The notes under the pieces were generated by a model. That model had not been told where the DNA came from. It saw only the letters and a program-made list of their open reading frames with translations, and searched no databases. Both the position numbers and the translations under genes were made by a program. Below, piece after piece: positions 14,463-24,744 of a DNA stretch of 64,000 nucleotides; the first letter of the stretch is position 1, and every line of letters begins with the position of its first letter. Source of the stretch: Epiperipatus broadwayi (Eukaryota > Animalia > Onychophora); NCBI GenBank assembly GCA_028023455.1, contig JAQFVV010000011.1, positions 5,704,001 to 5,768,000 of the forward strand, written 5' to 3'.

Positions 14463-14546
<84 letters not shown>
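14463..14546. repeat. (TAT)n microsatellite, ~28 units
   Basis: Read directly; it explains the poly-Leu ORF at 14459. Confidence 0.97.
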
Positions 14547-14778
14547 GTTATTGCTGTTGCTGCTGTGTTTATTATTTTCTATCTTTTAATATTCTAATAT
14601 TTTCCCAATTGAATATATTTTTATTGGTATATTCATGGTCTGCTACATTAGTTGTGGTTATACTTTGAAAAGCTGGTGTCTTGCTGGTGTTTTATCTCAT
14701 AATTTTCAAAAGTTAGCCCCATAGGATATTTATAAAAGAATATGTATATATTTTAATGTAGAAAGTAGTAATGAAATA

Positions 14779-15065
14779 GTCAAAATAAGAGTCATAGATC
14801 ACATGACCCTATCTCTTAAGCTTGTAAGTTATAAACAATGAGGATTGTCAATTCCTCTACAAGCTTTGTGATAAATGCTTAGCCAGAGCCAGCACTTAAA
14901 ATATCTCTGTCAGGAACCCCTCTCCAAACCTCTCTCTGAGGAGTTCCAAAGCACGAAACCATGGTCAGGGGTTTGGGGAGGGTTCCTGACAGAGATATTT
15001 TAAGTGTTGGCTCTGGCTAAGCATTTATCACAAAGCTTGTAGAGGAATTGGCAATCCTCATTGTT
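14779..15065 (+). mobile_element. Penelope-like/retrozyme-like hairpin insertion with 13-bp TSD
   Basis: TSD tagtaatgaaata at 14766-14778 and 15066-15078. Inverted arms ~14832-14930 and 14967-15067 show only about 3 substitutions and 1 indel. A hammerhead core lies in the loop. Confidence 0.8.
14925..14976 (+). ncRNA. Type I minimal hammerhead ribozyme motif
   Basis: CTGAGGA (14936-42), stem II GTTC-CAAA-GCAC (one mismatch), GAAA, palindromic stem III CCATGG, TC cleavage site after 14966, then stem I strand AGGGGTTTGG pairing with CCAAACC(TC)TCT. Confidence 0.8.
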
Positions 15066-16675
15066 TAGTAATGAAATATTTATTTAATTATGCAGAAATG
15101 TTAGATTTTTACTAACTAATACAACATACTCTTTTTTTTAATAATTTGTGGCTAATCACAAGCTGTGAAACATATTGTTTATGGCTGTTATGTCAATGGC
15201 TAAAATAGCTAAATTGGTCTTAATAAAGCCTAGAGTAAATCTATCTTCTGGTAGGATTTCGACAGGTTTCTTTACGATATTTTTTAATAGTTAAGCTGTC
15301 TATAAAAAAACAATTATATGATAAATAAATAAATGTGTAACTTAGTTGTTATGAAACATTTATATATTTCTATTTACATTTCAAATTATATTATATTTTA
15401 ATGTTTTTTGTATTGTTTTTGGTTTTGGGATCAATTGTTTCTTAATTTGTTTATTTCCTGTTTCCTATTTAATAAAACGAGACACACTTTTATTATAAAG
15501 TTGTGTAATAAATTAATAGCCTGTTGAGAAACTTAATATTGATTATTTTTATAACAATGTGAGTGGGCACCATTCTTGGTATTCATAAATACAAATTATA
15601 TATTTTATGCTATTAATTAACTTTGCTATCGTATTTATTACTTTACAAAAAATAAAACAATGTAAGCAGAGATAGACTAGAAATTATTAAGATTCTTAAC
15701 TTTGTCTAAAAAAACTTTTAATTTTAGTTCAAGTGAACATTTGTTGCATATTCGATATTAAATCTATGTAGTCAGGTAATTATTGTTTTGCATCTATATA
15801 TAATTGTGTATGTATACCATCCCATATATATCAACAAAATGATCAGTACGTACTTAATTATCATTATTATTCAATGTCAACATGAAGTTATCTCCACCAT
15901 GCAGATCACTGAATGCTACAGTAATTTTTGCTAACGACTTCCAGATTCATTTGTTGCTGAACTTGATGAAAATTTAGACAAACTATGGTTATTTACGAAT
16001 TTAATAATAATAACTTATTATTATTTTTTTAGTAGTGATAAAACATGAATGAAAAATATCCAATCCTTTACCAGCTGTCAATTGGCAAGCCTATGATTTT
16101 AATGTATTTTACTATTTGTTTATGATAGTTTGGAGAGAGCTTATGATATAATGAGACTTATTTAAAGACTGTTTTATCTCTAGTTTAATGTAATTGATTC
16201 AGAACTGATGCATTTTTTATTCATGAAAAAGTATATAGAACAGTAGAATATTTTAAACACAATGTATCCACCAATGCACACAAAACTATTATATAACATT
16301 ATAGGGACAGTCCAAGAGGTATTTTCAAAAGCAAATATTAAAACATATAGCACCACATGTTTTAAAGCAATGGTAGATAGGCAAACATCGCAATTCAAAA
16401 TTCTTAGATGCAAACTCACTTTTGTTATTTCTGATGCTTGAACTTCATGTAAATTTTTACATAAAATCGTAGGCAACAAGCTGTTCTTTTTTTAAAAAAA
16501 TTAAAATATATTTATTTATTTGGCATCAGAAAAATCAAATTTTTTACATGAATTCAATTGTGTTTATATATGTAAGACTATTTGAATTGTATGTTATAAA
16601 AGAAACTTTATCATTTGTTATAGCAAAATTTAAAGCTATATTAATTGCTACTAAAGTATTTATTATTGTTTTTAG

Positions 16676-16779
16676 GTTTGTGAATTGCCTTTGTATTGGA
16701 AGATTCCATTATTCAATGCAGCAGGAGGTGACAAAAAAGGTTACATCACTTATGATTCTTTTAGCTCTATGTGGAAAAG
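16676..16779 (+). CDS. PPP2R3A/B: Internal exon of serine/threonine-protein phosphatase 2A regulatory subunit B'' (PR72/PR70 family)
   Basis: tttag|GTTTGT acceptor and AAAAG|gtaatt donor. Translation VCELPLYWKIPLFNAAGGDKKGYITYDSFSSMWK(R) matches the remembered human PPP2R3A segment VCGCPLYWKAPMFRAAGGEKTGFVTAQSFIAMWRK. Phase 0 start, phase 2 end. The ORF track shows this region in the wrong frame. Confidence 0.9.
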
Positions 16780-18405
16780 GTAATTATTGTCTTTACATAT
16801 TCGTTTATACTTATTTATATTTTGCTGTTGATAAATAACAAATTATTATGTAAATTCATTATAATTTCAAGAATTCAATGGCATACAGTGGAAGATATAT
16901 ATCTTATCATAAATACATATTTCTGCTATAACCTACACTTCTAAAATGTGAAGTCAATCATATATAGTACAGAAGCAATAAAATATTTATTAATGCAGAA
17001 TTTCTCTTAAGCCAACTTAGATGTTTATATGTATTATTATTATGAATTACATGTAGGAGTTTTCATTCAACATAGTTTTCTTTGCATGATCATAATTGAT
17101 AAATATAGACTTACTTGTTGAAATGTGTTACAGTAGTTTTTTTGAACATCAATTTTTTAATCATGAAACAAATTTCAGTTAGTTTCTCATCATCTCTGTT
17201 CACTGACTTGAGACAATGGAATTGTTTGATGGCACAATGACTTTTTTTTTTTTAAATACATGGATAATTTTTTATTTTCAATATTTTCTTTTCTTTGTTT
17301 GTTTTCCTTTTTTTTTAAGAATGATTATACTTATATAAATGCTTCAGGAAAGAAGCTTTGTGGACTAGTAGTATACAAAATAAAACTTCTTTACAATGTG
17401 GAATGTTATATGAATGTGAATCAAAAATAAAATGCTTACTCTAAGTATTATTATATTAGAGACTGGTTTGTGGTTGTCATAGTACATTATTTATTGTTAC
17501 AGTATGAAATTTAAAAAATATCAAAATCAAATATAGATATCATTTGCCATTTGAAAATATAATAGAGTAGCTGAGATCTCCATTAGATCTTAACTGCAAA
17601 AAACTATTTATCTACAGATATTAAAGATTATCTTTAAAAATTTAGAGATTGTAGGGAAAAAAGTATATTGCAAATAAAAATTGGATAAAGTTTATTCCAG
17701 ATAAAACAAATTTCTGTTTGCTGAGATTGTTCAACAAAAATTTTTAATAGTGACCATGAGATGAAAATAATAAATGTTACAAGTTTTAAAGCTTCAAAAG
17801 ATCATTTAACTTAACTATGCAGAATATCACTATGGAAGTTTTCAGTTAGAGAAATATAGAAAAAAAACATTAATTATTTGTTTTTTTTTTTAAAATTGCA
17901 TTTATACAACCATCTATTGAGATATTTTGTTAATTTTTTAAAATTATATTTAAAATATTGATTTTTTAATTTAAAAACATCAAAAAAGACCAGTATAATT
18001 GAATAGCAGCAGCAAAGTCGAAGAGTTTTAGCACTGTCTTCTCTTTCATTAATTTATTCCTTTCTAATCATTCTCCACACTATTTGCAAAGTTATTTCAA
18101 GAATATATTTGGAATAATTAAAAATATTATTTTTTGTGAAGTTTATTAAGATTCATGGTTAATTTCATCCATTATTTGTGTAATAATTATTAAAAATCTA
18201 GAATGTACTTTATTACTATAATTTTAGACATATATGTTTTATTTTAAAAAATAGATGGTAATAACTTCTAATGTAACATTATCAATGAAAATCGTGCATT
18301 TCGATTCCTTCAAATTATGAAAATTGTAGCTAATACATCATTGCAGCAGACACTATATTATGATATAATTTGAGATATTCTAAAAATTAGAAAACAATTT
18401 TAATA

Positions 18406-18500
18406 ATTTTTTTTATACGTCAAAGCATTGACCGGGAAGCGAACCCGGGCCAGCTGCTTGGAAGGCAGCTATGCTAACCGCTAGGCCACCAATGCTTGAT
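18406..18500 (-). mobile_element. tRNA-Gly(TCC)-derived short SINE (tRNA body 18425-18495)
   Basis: Reverse complement GCATTGGTGGCCTAGCGGTTAGCATAGCTGCCTTCCAAGCAGCTGGCCCGGGTTCGCTTCCCGGTCAATGC, followed by a TTTGACGTATA trailer and an A-tail. 13-bp TSD aacaattttaata (18393-18405 / 18501-18513). The D-stem is disrupted and the T-loop reads TTCGCTT. Confidence 0.88.
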
Positions 18501-20372
18501 AACAATTTTAATATTTTGAAGTAGAATCTGATAGATTTATCAGAGATTAATATTTTTCATTCACAATTTAAAACAAATTTGAATTAAAAAAGAGTTCATT
18601 CATTTTCTGAAATTACTATACTTTGCCAAGCATTCAATGATGAAAGCATTTTTTGTTGTCATTACAGTCTCATTTTTTCAATATTTTCCAAGTTTAAATA
18701 TGAATTTTTAGAATTTTTTTTTGTTTGCAAATATATTTAAATCTATTATATTTTGATAGAGAATAATAGTTTAGTACTAAAATCAAAAGTTGAAAGCCTT
18801 ATTAGGGAGAACAAGTAATTCTGTGGCCGTGCTGGAAAATTAACTTGCAGTTTAAAAAGAAGATATATTTAATTTATAGAAAATATCAAATTTTCCTTAT
18901 TAGTTATTTAGAAATGTTTGTTTTGCTAAAAAAAAAAAAAAAAGACTCGCTTAATAAAAATGTTTTTTAAACTTTTTTCTTAGAAAACATGTTTTCAAAT
19001 TTCATAATAAAACTGTGAGAAAAAAAGACAAGATGATGTTTACTCTTTATTTTTTTTTTAACAATTGAATGTGAAAAGAAAAAGGAAATGTGTCCTTTGC
19101 TTTTGATTATTAAATTCATATCTTATTTTTATTAATAGTATGATTTTTTTTTTACATAATCCATATTACATGTTTTTGAAATAATAATATGTAGTCAGTA
19201 AAATAATAGTATTCAATATTGCACAAGTATATTATTGTTAATATGTAGAAGTAATTATTACAATATCACTGTATTATGGTATCAATTAAACTTTATTACC
19301 ATTATTCTTATAAAAATTTAATCTTCCTTTATCATACAATCTTTCTGTATCTATGCAATCACAAAGAATGAAGAGTCCTGTACATTTGCATATATATATA
19401 TATGTATAATAATTGAATGAACATGCAACCAGTTACTTCCCATATAGGTGTATTGCTTCACATTGAGCTACCAAAAATATGATATAAAAAAACATTTGGC
19501 TGAAAATGATAGTCCACCTACATCTACACTAAGCCTTAATTATGTGTATTTATTCACATTCTTAGGGAAGGAAACATTTATACTTTGAAGTGTCATTTTT
19601 TTCTCTAAATAGACCAATTGATCCATAACATATGTATACTTTTACATACCTTATTATCTAGCTACAAACTAATTGTTAGCAATTAACTTTGTAGCATTGG
19701 AAAATATGAGCTCTGTATATATTTAATTAATCACTGCACACATGCATAAAAAGAATACTAAATCAAAAACAAATTGATGACTATATTTAAGTAACAAAAA
19801 TGTTTAATTAATAACAGTATTTAATTAATGAACAAGTTTGTAATATATATAACAATTCACACAAGTTTACATTTGAGTGAATTAAATATTTCTATTGATT
19901 GAGACACTTATATGAATTTCAAAATATTATTTTACAAATTGTATATCCGTGTATGTTATGAATATTAAATATGCTTGATTTAAAATTTAAATTTATTAAA
20001 AAAAATAATATTAAACAAATTATTTAAAAAGAAAGAATGGTACTTATGTATTAATCCAGTGGTGAAATTTCATATATATATATATTAGTCTGGCAATATT
20101 TATTTGGAAAAATGATGACCTATAACTTTATTTACTGGAAATGATATAAACATCTACTAACACACATTTATGTTTTTGTGAGAAATTATCTTCCACCATT
20201 TACACATATAAAGATTTTTTATTTTGAAAAATGGCTACCTCTAACTTTATTTAATGGATATGAAACAAACATGCATTTACATTTTTTTGTGAAAAATGAT
20301 CTTTTAATAAATAAATTTCTAAAATTTAAGTTTATTACGAATGATAACCAAACCAAAACAATGATAATGTAT

Positions 20373-20855
20373 TGTAACGGCCATATTTATACATTTGTGC
20401 AACATAATCCAGAGTTTTAGTTATTTCAAGGTTGATCGAAATGAAGTTGTTGAGACCTCAAATCCCCTCTCACCCCAGTTACTTTACCACCGCTCAAAGA
20501 TTTACCACCTTACGGATGACATGTATGAGGCTACAGTCGTATTTCTTTAATTCATATGCCGGCAGTAGCACAATGGTAGAACATGAGACTAAATTTATTA
20601 AATTAACACATTCACAAAGTATAGAGCTATATAGAGATATGACCTAACAAATAGATATCAACAAATTTGGTTGTGATTCTTAAATAATAATGAATAATTA
20701 ATAATTGATTGATGAGCAGAAAATGAGACATTAAGTGTAACTGTATTTTAAGAAATTTTAATAGAAGCCAAATTTAAGAAAATAAAATAAAAACAATTTT
20801 AAATGGAACATAAGGTTATCTCACTTGCAGGTGAGGATAATGTTTAGGGGTTACA
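20373..20855. mobile_element. Possible solo LTR (TGTAAC...GTTACA)
   Basis: Terminal 6-bp inverted repeat with TG..CA ends and a richer base composition than the flanks. The flanks (gtat/atac) are not a clean TSD. Confidence 0.3.
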
Positions 20856-21522
20856 ATACTGTCCAACATGAACATTTATTGTTACAATTTTGGACATTTA
20901 TTAACTTTAAATTCATGATTAACTATGCTTTAATTATGGTATGCTATAGAGTATTAGATTTGCATTAGTTAGTTTGCAGAGCTGATTTTTACGAATTATA
21001 TCTAATTTTTATTTAATGAACTACGCATTTCTATATAGATAATAGACTTACGAAACTAGATTCGAATTTAGATCAACGCTGAAATATTATTATGGAGGGA
21101 TGAACTGGTGGTTAGTAGTTTGACTTCAGATACTATGGCATTTATACAAATATATAATCTAAGTCTGTGCATCTCTAATGCGTGCTTGATCATGGGATTC
21201 ATCATCAGGTAATTTGTTTACTTGGACTGTACTACTTGCTGTGAATATGAGACATTTAGTCTGGGTGATTGGAACAACTTACAGATATTGTCTGAATCCT
21301 TGTGCTCCAGTCCTGAATAAAGATAATGGGGTGGCTCTTAAAACCAAAGCCCATTTTAAAAGAGAGCTGTCCAAACTACCGTAATGGGTTGAGTATAAAC
21401 CAAGCCCATTTAATATATAAAGTAACAGCTAGGAGTAAAGGCACATGTGCTTCCTGAGAACATATTCACCCCACTGACTACATCATTACATAACTAAAAT
21501 TAAGATGCAAATCATTAGTTTC

Positions 21523-22263
21523 TGCTACATTCAACAGTGACCAAGTTACTGCACATTGCAAAATTTAAAAAATGACATTAATATAGTCACAGGCGGCACG
21601 ACAATTTAAAATATAGATACTCCATAATTTTTAAATAGTTATTAAGAAATTTTCTTCTCACTTCAACATATGAAGTCATACATATATATTTGGAATGTGT
21701 TGAAGGCAGTTGATTTACAAGGGTCCAGCGGCCCCAGAATATTAATTAAACTCTGGAGAATAGTTCTCAGAGTGACAGATTGGCAAGGCTGACATTGCCA
21801 GAGGAAGAAACACATCTGTTTTTCAAGAGCTTCAACTATTTCACTTTCTGTTGAAGATCACAGCTCAAGTTTTCATTTTAATAAATCTAATTGGTTGGAG
21901 TCCCATGGTACCATGTGGTAGTACCAATGTTATTACATTCCAACCTGCATTTTTGTTTAATAAATATATAATACAAGTTCTTATATATTTAATTAATTCA
22001 TTTTCTTTTTTCAGATAATTCTTATCAGGAATCTAATCTGTATTTTCCAATGGCATTTAATTAAATTTGCTATAGGACTATTTGATATTTAATCAGAGTT
22101 TCTGATCTTTAAAATAATTTTGCCTAATTAGTTTATAGCATTTTTATCTGTCGATTGTGCTTATACATGCACATACTTAATTTACTTTAACATTTTCAGT
22201 CTTTTTCTGTTTCAATAAAAATATACATTTGATCAGATTTTTTTAATATCTGCATATTTAGCA
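21523..22263 (-). repeat. 3' LTR (741 bp)
   Basis: Aligns along its length with 23982-24744 and abuts the PPT. Confidence 0.93.
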
Positions 22264-22274
22264 CACCTTTCCCT
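22264..22274 (-). other. Polypurine tract (AGGGAAAGGTG)
   Basis: Purine-rich run immediately inside the 3' LTR. Confidence 0.8.
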
Positions 22275-22295
22275 AGTTCAGAGATCAGAGGGTTT

Positions 22296-22619
22296 TCATT
22301 TCCTGTTCTCTGAATTAAGAGCATAGTCATCAAAGTGGATGGGGATTTTCCTCTCACACCTAGGGCATAGTGTGGTGTTGGATTCTAATGCTGCAAAATT
22401 ATTAGCATTAGGAGGTTTCACTGAGTTATTCCCGGTCTGTAGTTTTTCAATTTGTGCTTTCAATTTATCTTCAAAAGTAAACTTACTGCTATTCTTTTGT
22501 AGTTGATTAATATGCTTACAAAGTACTTTTCCATCTGCTATCTGGATGGTAACAACTTGATTGCTCAGGTGGTGTGGTCCACTTTTTAACTTGATTATTT
22601 TGGACCCAAACTCGGTCAT
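22296..22619 (-). pseudogene. Integrase C-terminal remnant
   Basis: ..VVTIQIADGKVLCKHINQL.. resembles the gypsy integrase C-terminal (xxRHxxQL) segment, and it lies just before the PPT. Confidence 0.6.
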
Positions 22620-22663
22620 TTAGTGAAAATTTATTTTTGACTTCAGTGGGTGACTTAACTCTT

Positions 22664-22990
22664 TCAGATAGTACCACTTTGTCTAATTTTGTCCATGTTT
22701 TTTCCAGTATGTAATTTAATTCTCAATTCTCTGAACCATTCTTGGCCAATGAGAGGATTTATCTTGGTGTGGACTATGTATAACGGTAGGTGGATTTGAC
22801 CTCTAATGTTAATGGCATTACCATTTATGTCATGAGCTTTTAAGTTTGGTTTTAGTATCTTTGGGGGATGTGTCATGTCGGCCACGATGATTTTCCAGTC
22901 TATAAGAGTCAAGGATACTCCACTACCACTGTCTATTTCCATAAGAACAGGTTTTCCAAAGATTTTTAATGTCATTTCAATTTTGTGATC
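22664..22990 (-). pseudogene. Retroviral-type aspartic protease remnant
   Basis: LMEIDSGSGVS catalytic DSG motif and a downstream PLIGQEW motif. Confidence 0.85.
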
Positions 22991-23081
22991 CTAGTCAGAT
23001 GATATGTTATTTATTAGAACAAACTTTTCTTAAGTAGGTTTGTCGTTAGTAAGGTGCTCCTGTCAGTTTTCACTTGTATAA

Positions 23082-23832
23082 TCAACAGATTTCTTTTTGC
23101 AGCACATTTTCTCTAAATGGCCAATTTTTTTTACAGTTTCTGCAGTGTTGATCTTTATAAACACATTCAGTTGAGCTGTGTTCTATTTTCCCACAGCAGA
23201 AACACTTAATATTGCTTTGAATTTTCTGCATTGTGTTAACTTGCTGGGATGCACTTCCTTCCAAATTATCGACCTTGGCTATTTTATAGTGATTGCTGTC
23301 CGCTAATTTGATGGCTGCAAATTCTTTTGCTTGCTTAACCATGAGCTCATGGGCTATCCCATGCTTGATAGCTTCCTTGTAGTTGATGGCACTGTTTTTC
23401 AATAACTGTTCTCTCAAGGTGTCACTGGTCATACCACAGAAATTGTTCAAGGAGTACTTGCTCCAGGTATGATTCATAGACGCAGTTCTTGGCCAATTCA
23501 CACAAGGCCATATCATGTTCTTGAGGGCGCTCATTCTTTCCTTGATGATGGTTCCTAAAATGGAGTCTGGTGATGTGTCTAGACTCATGAGGGTTGAAGT
23601 ACTCTGCTAATTTCTCTTTGAGCTGCTGAAATATTAGTTCTTCCAGGGTTTTAGGTTCAAGCAGTCTGTTAGCAATCTGAATAACTCTTTTCCCTGCACA
23701 GCACAATAATAATGCAGTTTTAATTTTGTCATCTTTTATTTTATTAATGAGCAGGAGTTTCTCAATTTGTTGGACAAAGAGGGACCATTGGCTTGCCTCT
23801 GTGATATCAAATTCCAATATTGCTGGCTGCAT
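23082..23832 (-). pseudogene. gag remnant (frameshifted) with zinc knuckle
   Basis: WSLFVQQIEKLLLINKI..LLLCCAG N-terminus and CFCCGKIEHSSTECVYKDQHCRNCKK knuckle(s), typical of Mag/K02A2.6-like gypsy gag. Confidence 0.85.
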
Positions 23833-23967
23833 TACAGTATATATAATTAATCACTTTAATTTTTTCTTGTTTAGAAGAAATGAATACACGAGTTAATTAA
23901 ACTAGTAATTTTTCTTCTGCCTGTTAAGTAATCTGATGGGATTTCGATTGTCAGGGTTATTTCACAA

Positions 23968-23979
23968 TGACTTGCGCCA
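23968..23979 (-). other. Primer-binding site TGGCGCAAGTCA
   Basis: TGG start 2 nt inside the 5' LTR. It resembles the complement of a tRNA-Ser 3' end (inference). Confidence 0.8.
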
Positions 23980-23981
23980 GT

Positions 23982-24744
23982 TGCTATGTTGAGCAGTGAC
24001 CAAGTTACAGCACAGCTGGATTGCAAATTTTAAAAAAATGACATTAATGTAGTCTCAGGCAGCATGACAATTTAAAATATAGATACTCCATAATTTTTAA
24101 ATAGTTATTAAGAAATTTTCTTCTCACTTCAACATATGAAGTCATACATATATATATAGAATGGGTTGAAGGCTGTTGATTTATAAGGGTCCAGTGACCT
24201 GATATTGTGGTCCCAGAATATTAATTAAAGTCCACCGGAGTGGCCAGATTGGCAAGGCTGACAGTAATTGCCAGAGGAAGAAACATGTCTGTTCTTCAAG
24301 GGCTTCAATTAGCTACTTAATTTCTATTTCACTTTCTGATGAAGATCATCACCCATTTTAATAAATCTAATTGATTGGAGTCCCATGGTACCATGTGGTA
24401 GTACCAATGTTATTACATTCCAAGCTGCATTTTTGTTTAATTAAAATATAATACAAATTCTTATATATTTAATTAATTCGTTTTCTTTTTTCAGATAATT
24501 ATTATCAGTAATCTAATCCATATTTTCCAATGGCATTTAATTAAATTTGCTATAGGGCTATTTGATATTTAATCAGAGTTTTTGATCTTTAAAATAATTT
24601 CACCTAATTAGTTCATAGCATTTTTATATGTACATTGCATTTATACATGCACATACTTAATTTACTTTAACATTTTCAGTCTTTTTCTGTTTTAATAAAA
24701 ATACATGTTTGATCAGATTTTTTTTAATATCCGCATATTTAGCA
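23982..24744 (-). repeat. 5' LTR (763 bp)
   Basis: Aligns with 21523-22263 (roughly 90% by eye, several indels). Confidence 0.93.

Larger units (their letters stand above)
21523..24744 (-). mobile_element. Ty3/gypsy LTR retrotransposon, internally deleted (3.2 kb)
   Basis: Two homologous LTRs with TGCTA..TAGCA ends; perfect 5-bp TSD GTTTC (21518-22 / 24745-49); PBS and PPT present; gag, protease and integrase-tail remnants. Confidence 0.95.

Noticed and set aside
14459-14668. Poly-Leu ORF
   Set aside because: Translation of the (TAT)n microsatellite.
16548-16838. 96-aa ORF in the ORF track
   Set aside because: Wrong frame; the real coding segment is the spliced 16676-16779 exon in another frame.
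18425-18495. Functional tRNA-Gly(TCC) gene (also 39802-39872)
   Set aside because: Broken D-stem, T-loop A58->C, A-tail and TSD indicate retroposed SINE copies, so they are annotated as mobile elements.
21181-21208. Hammerhead-like CTGATGA on the minus strand
   Set aside because: No intact GAAA or stem I/III; at best a decayed Penelope remnant.
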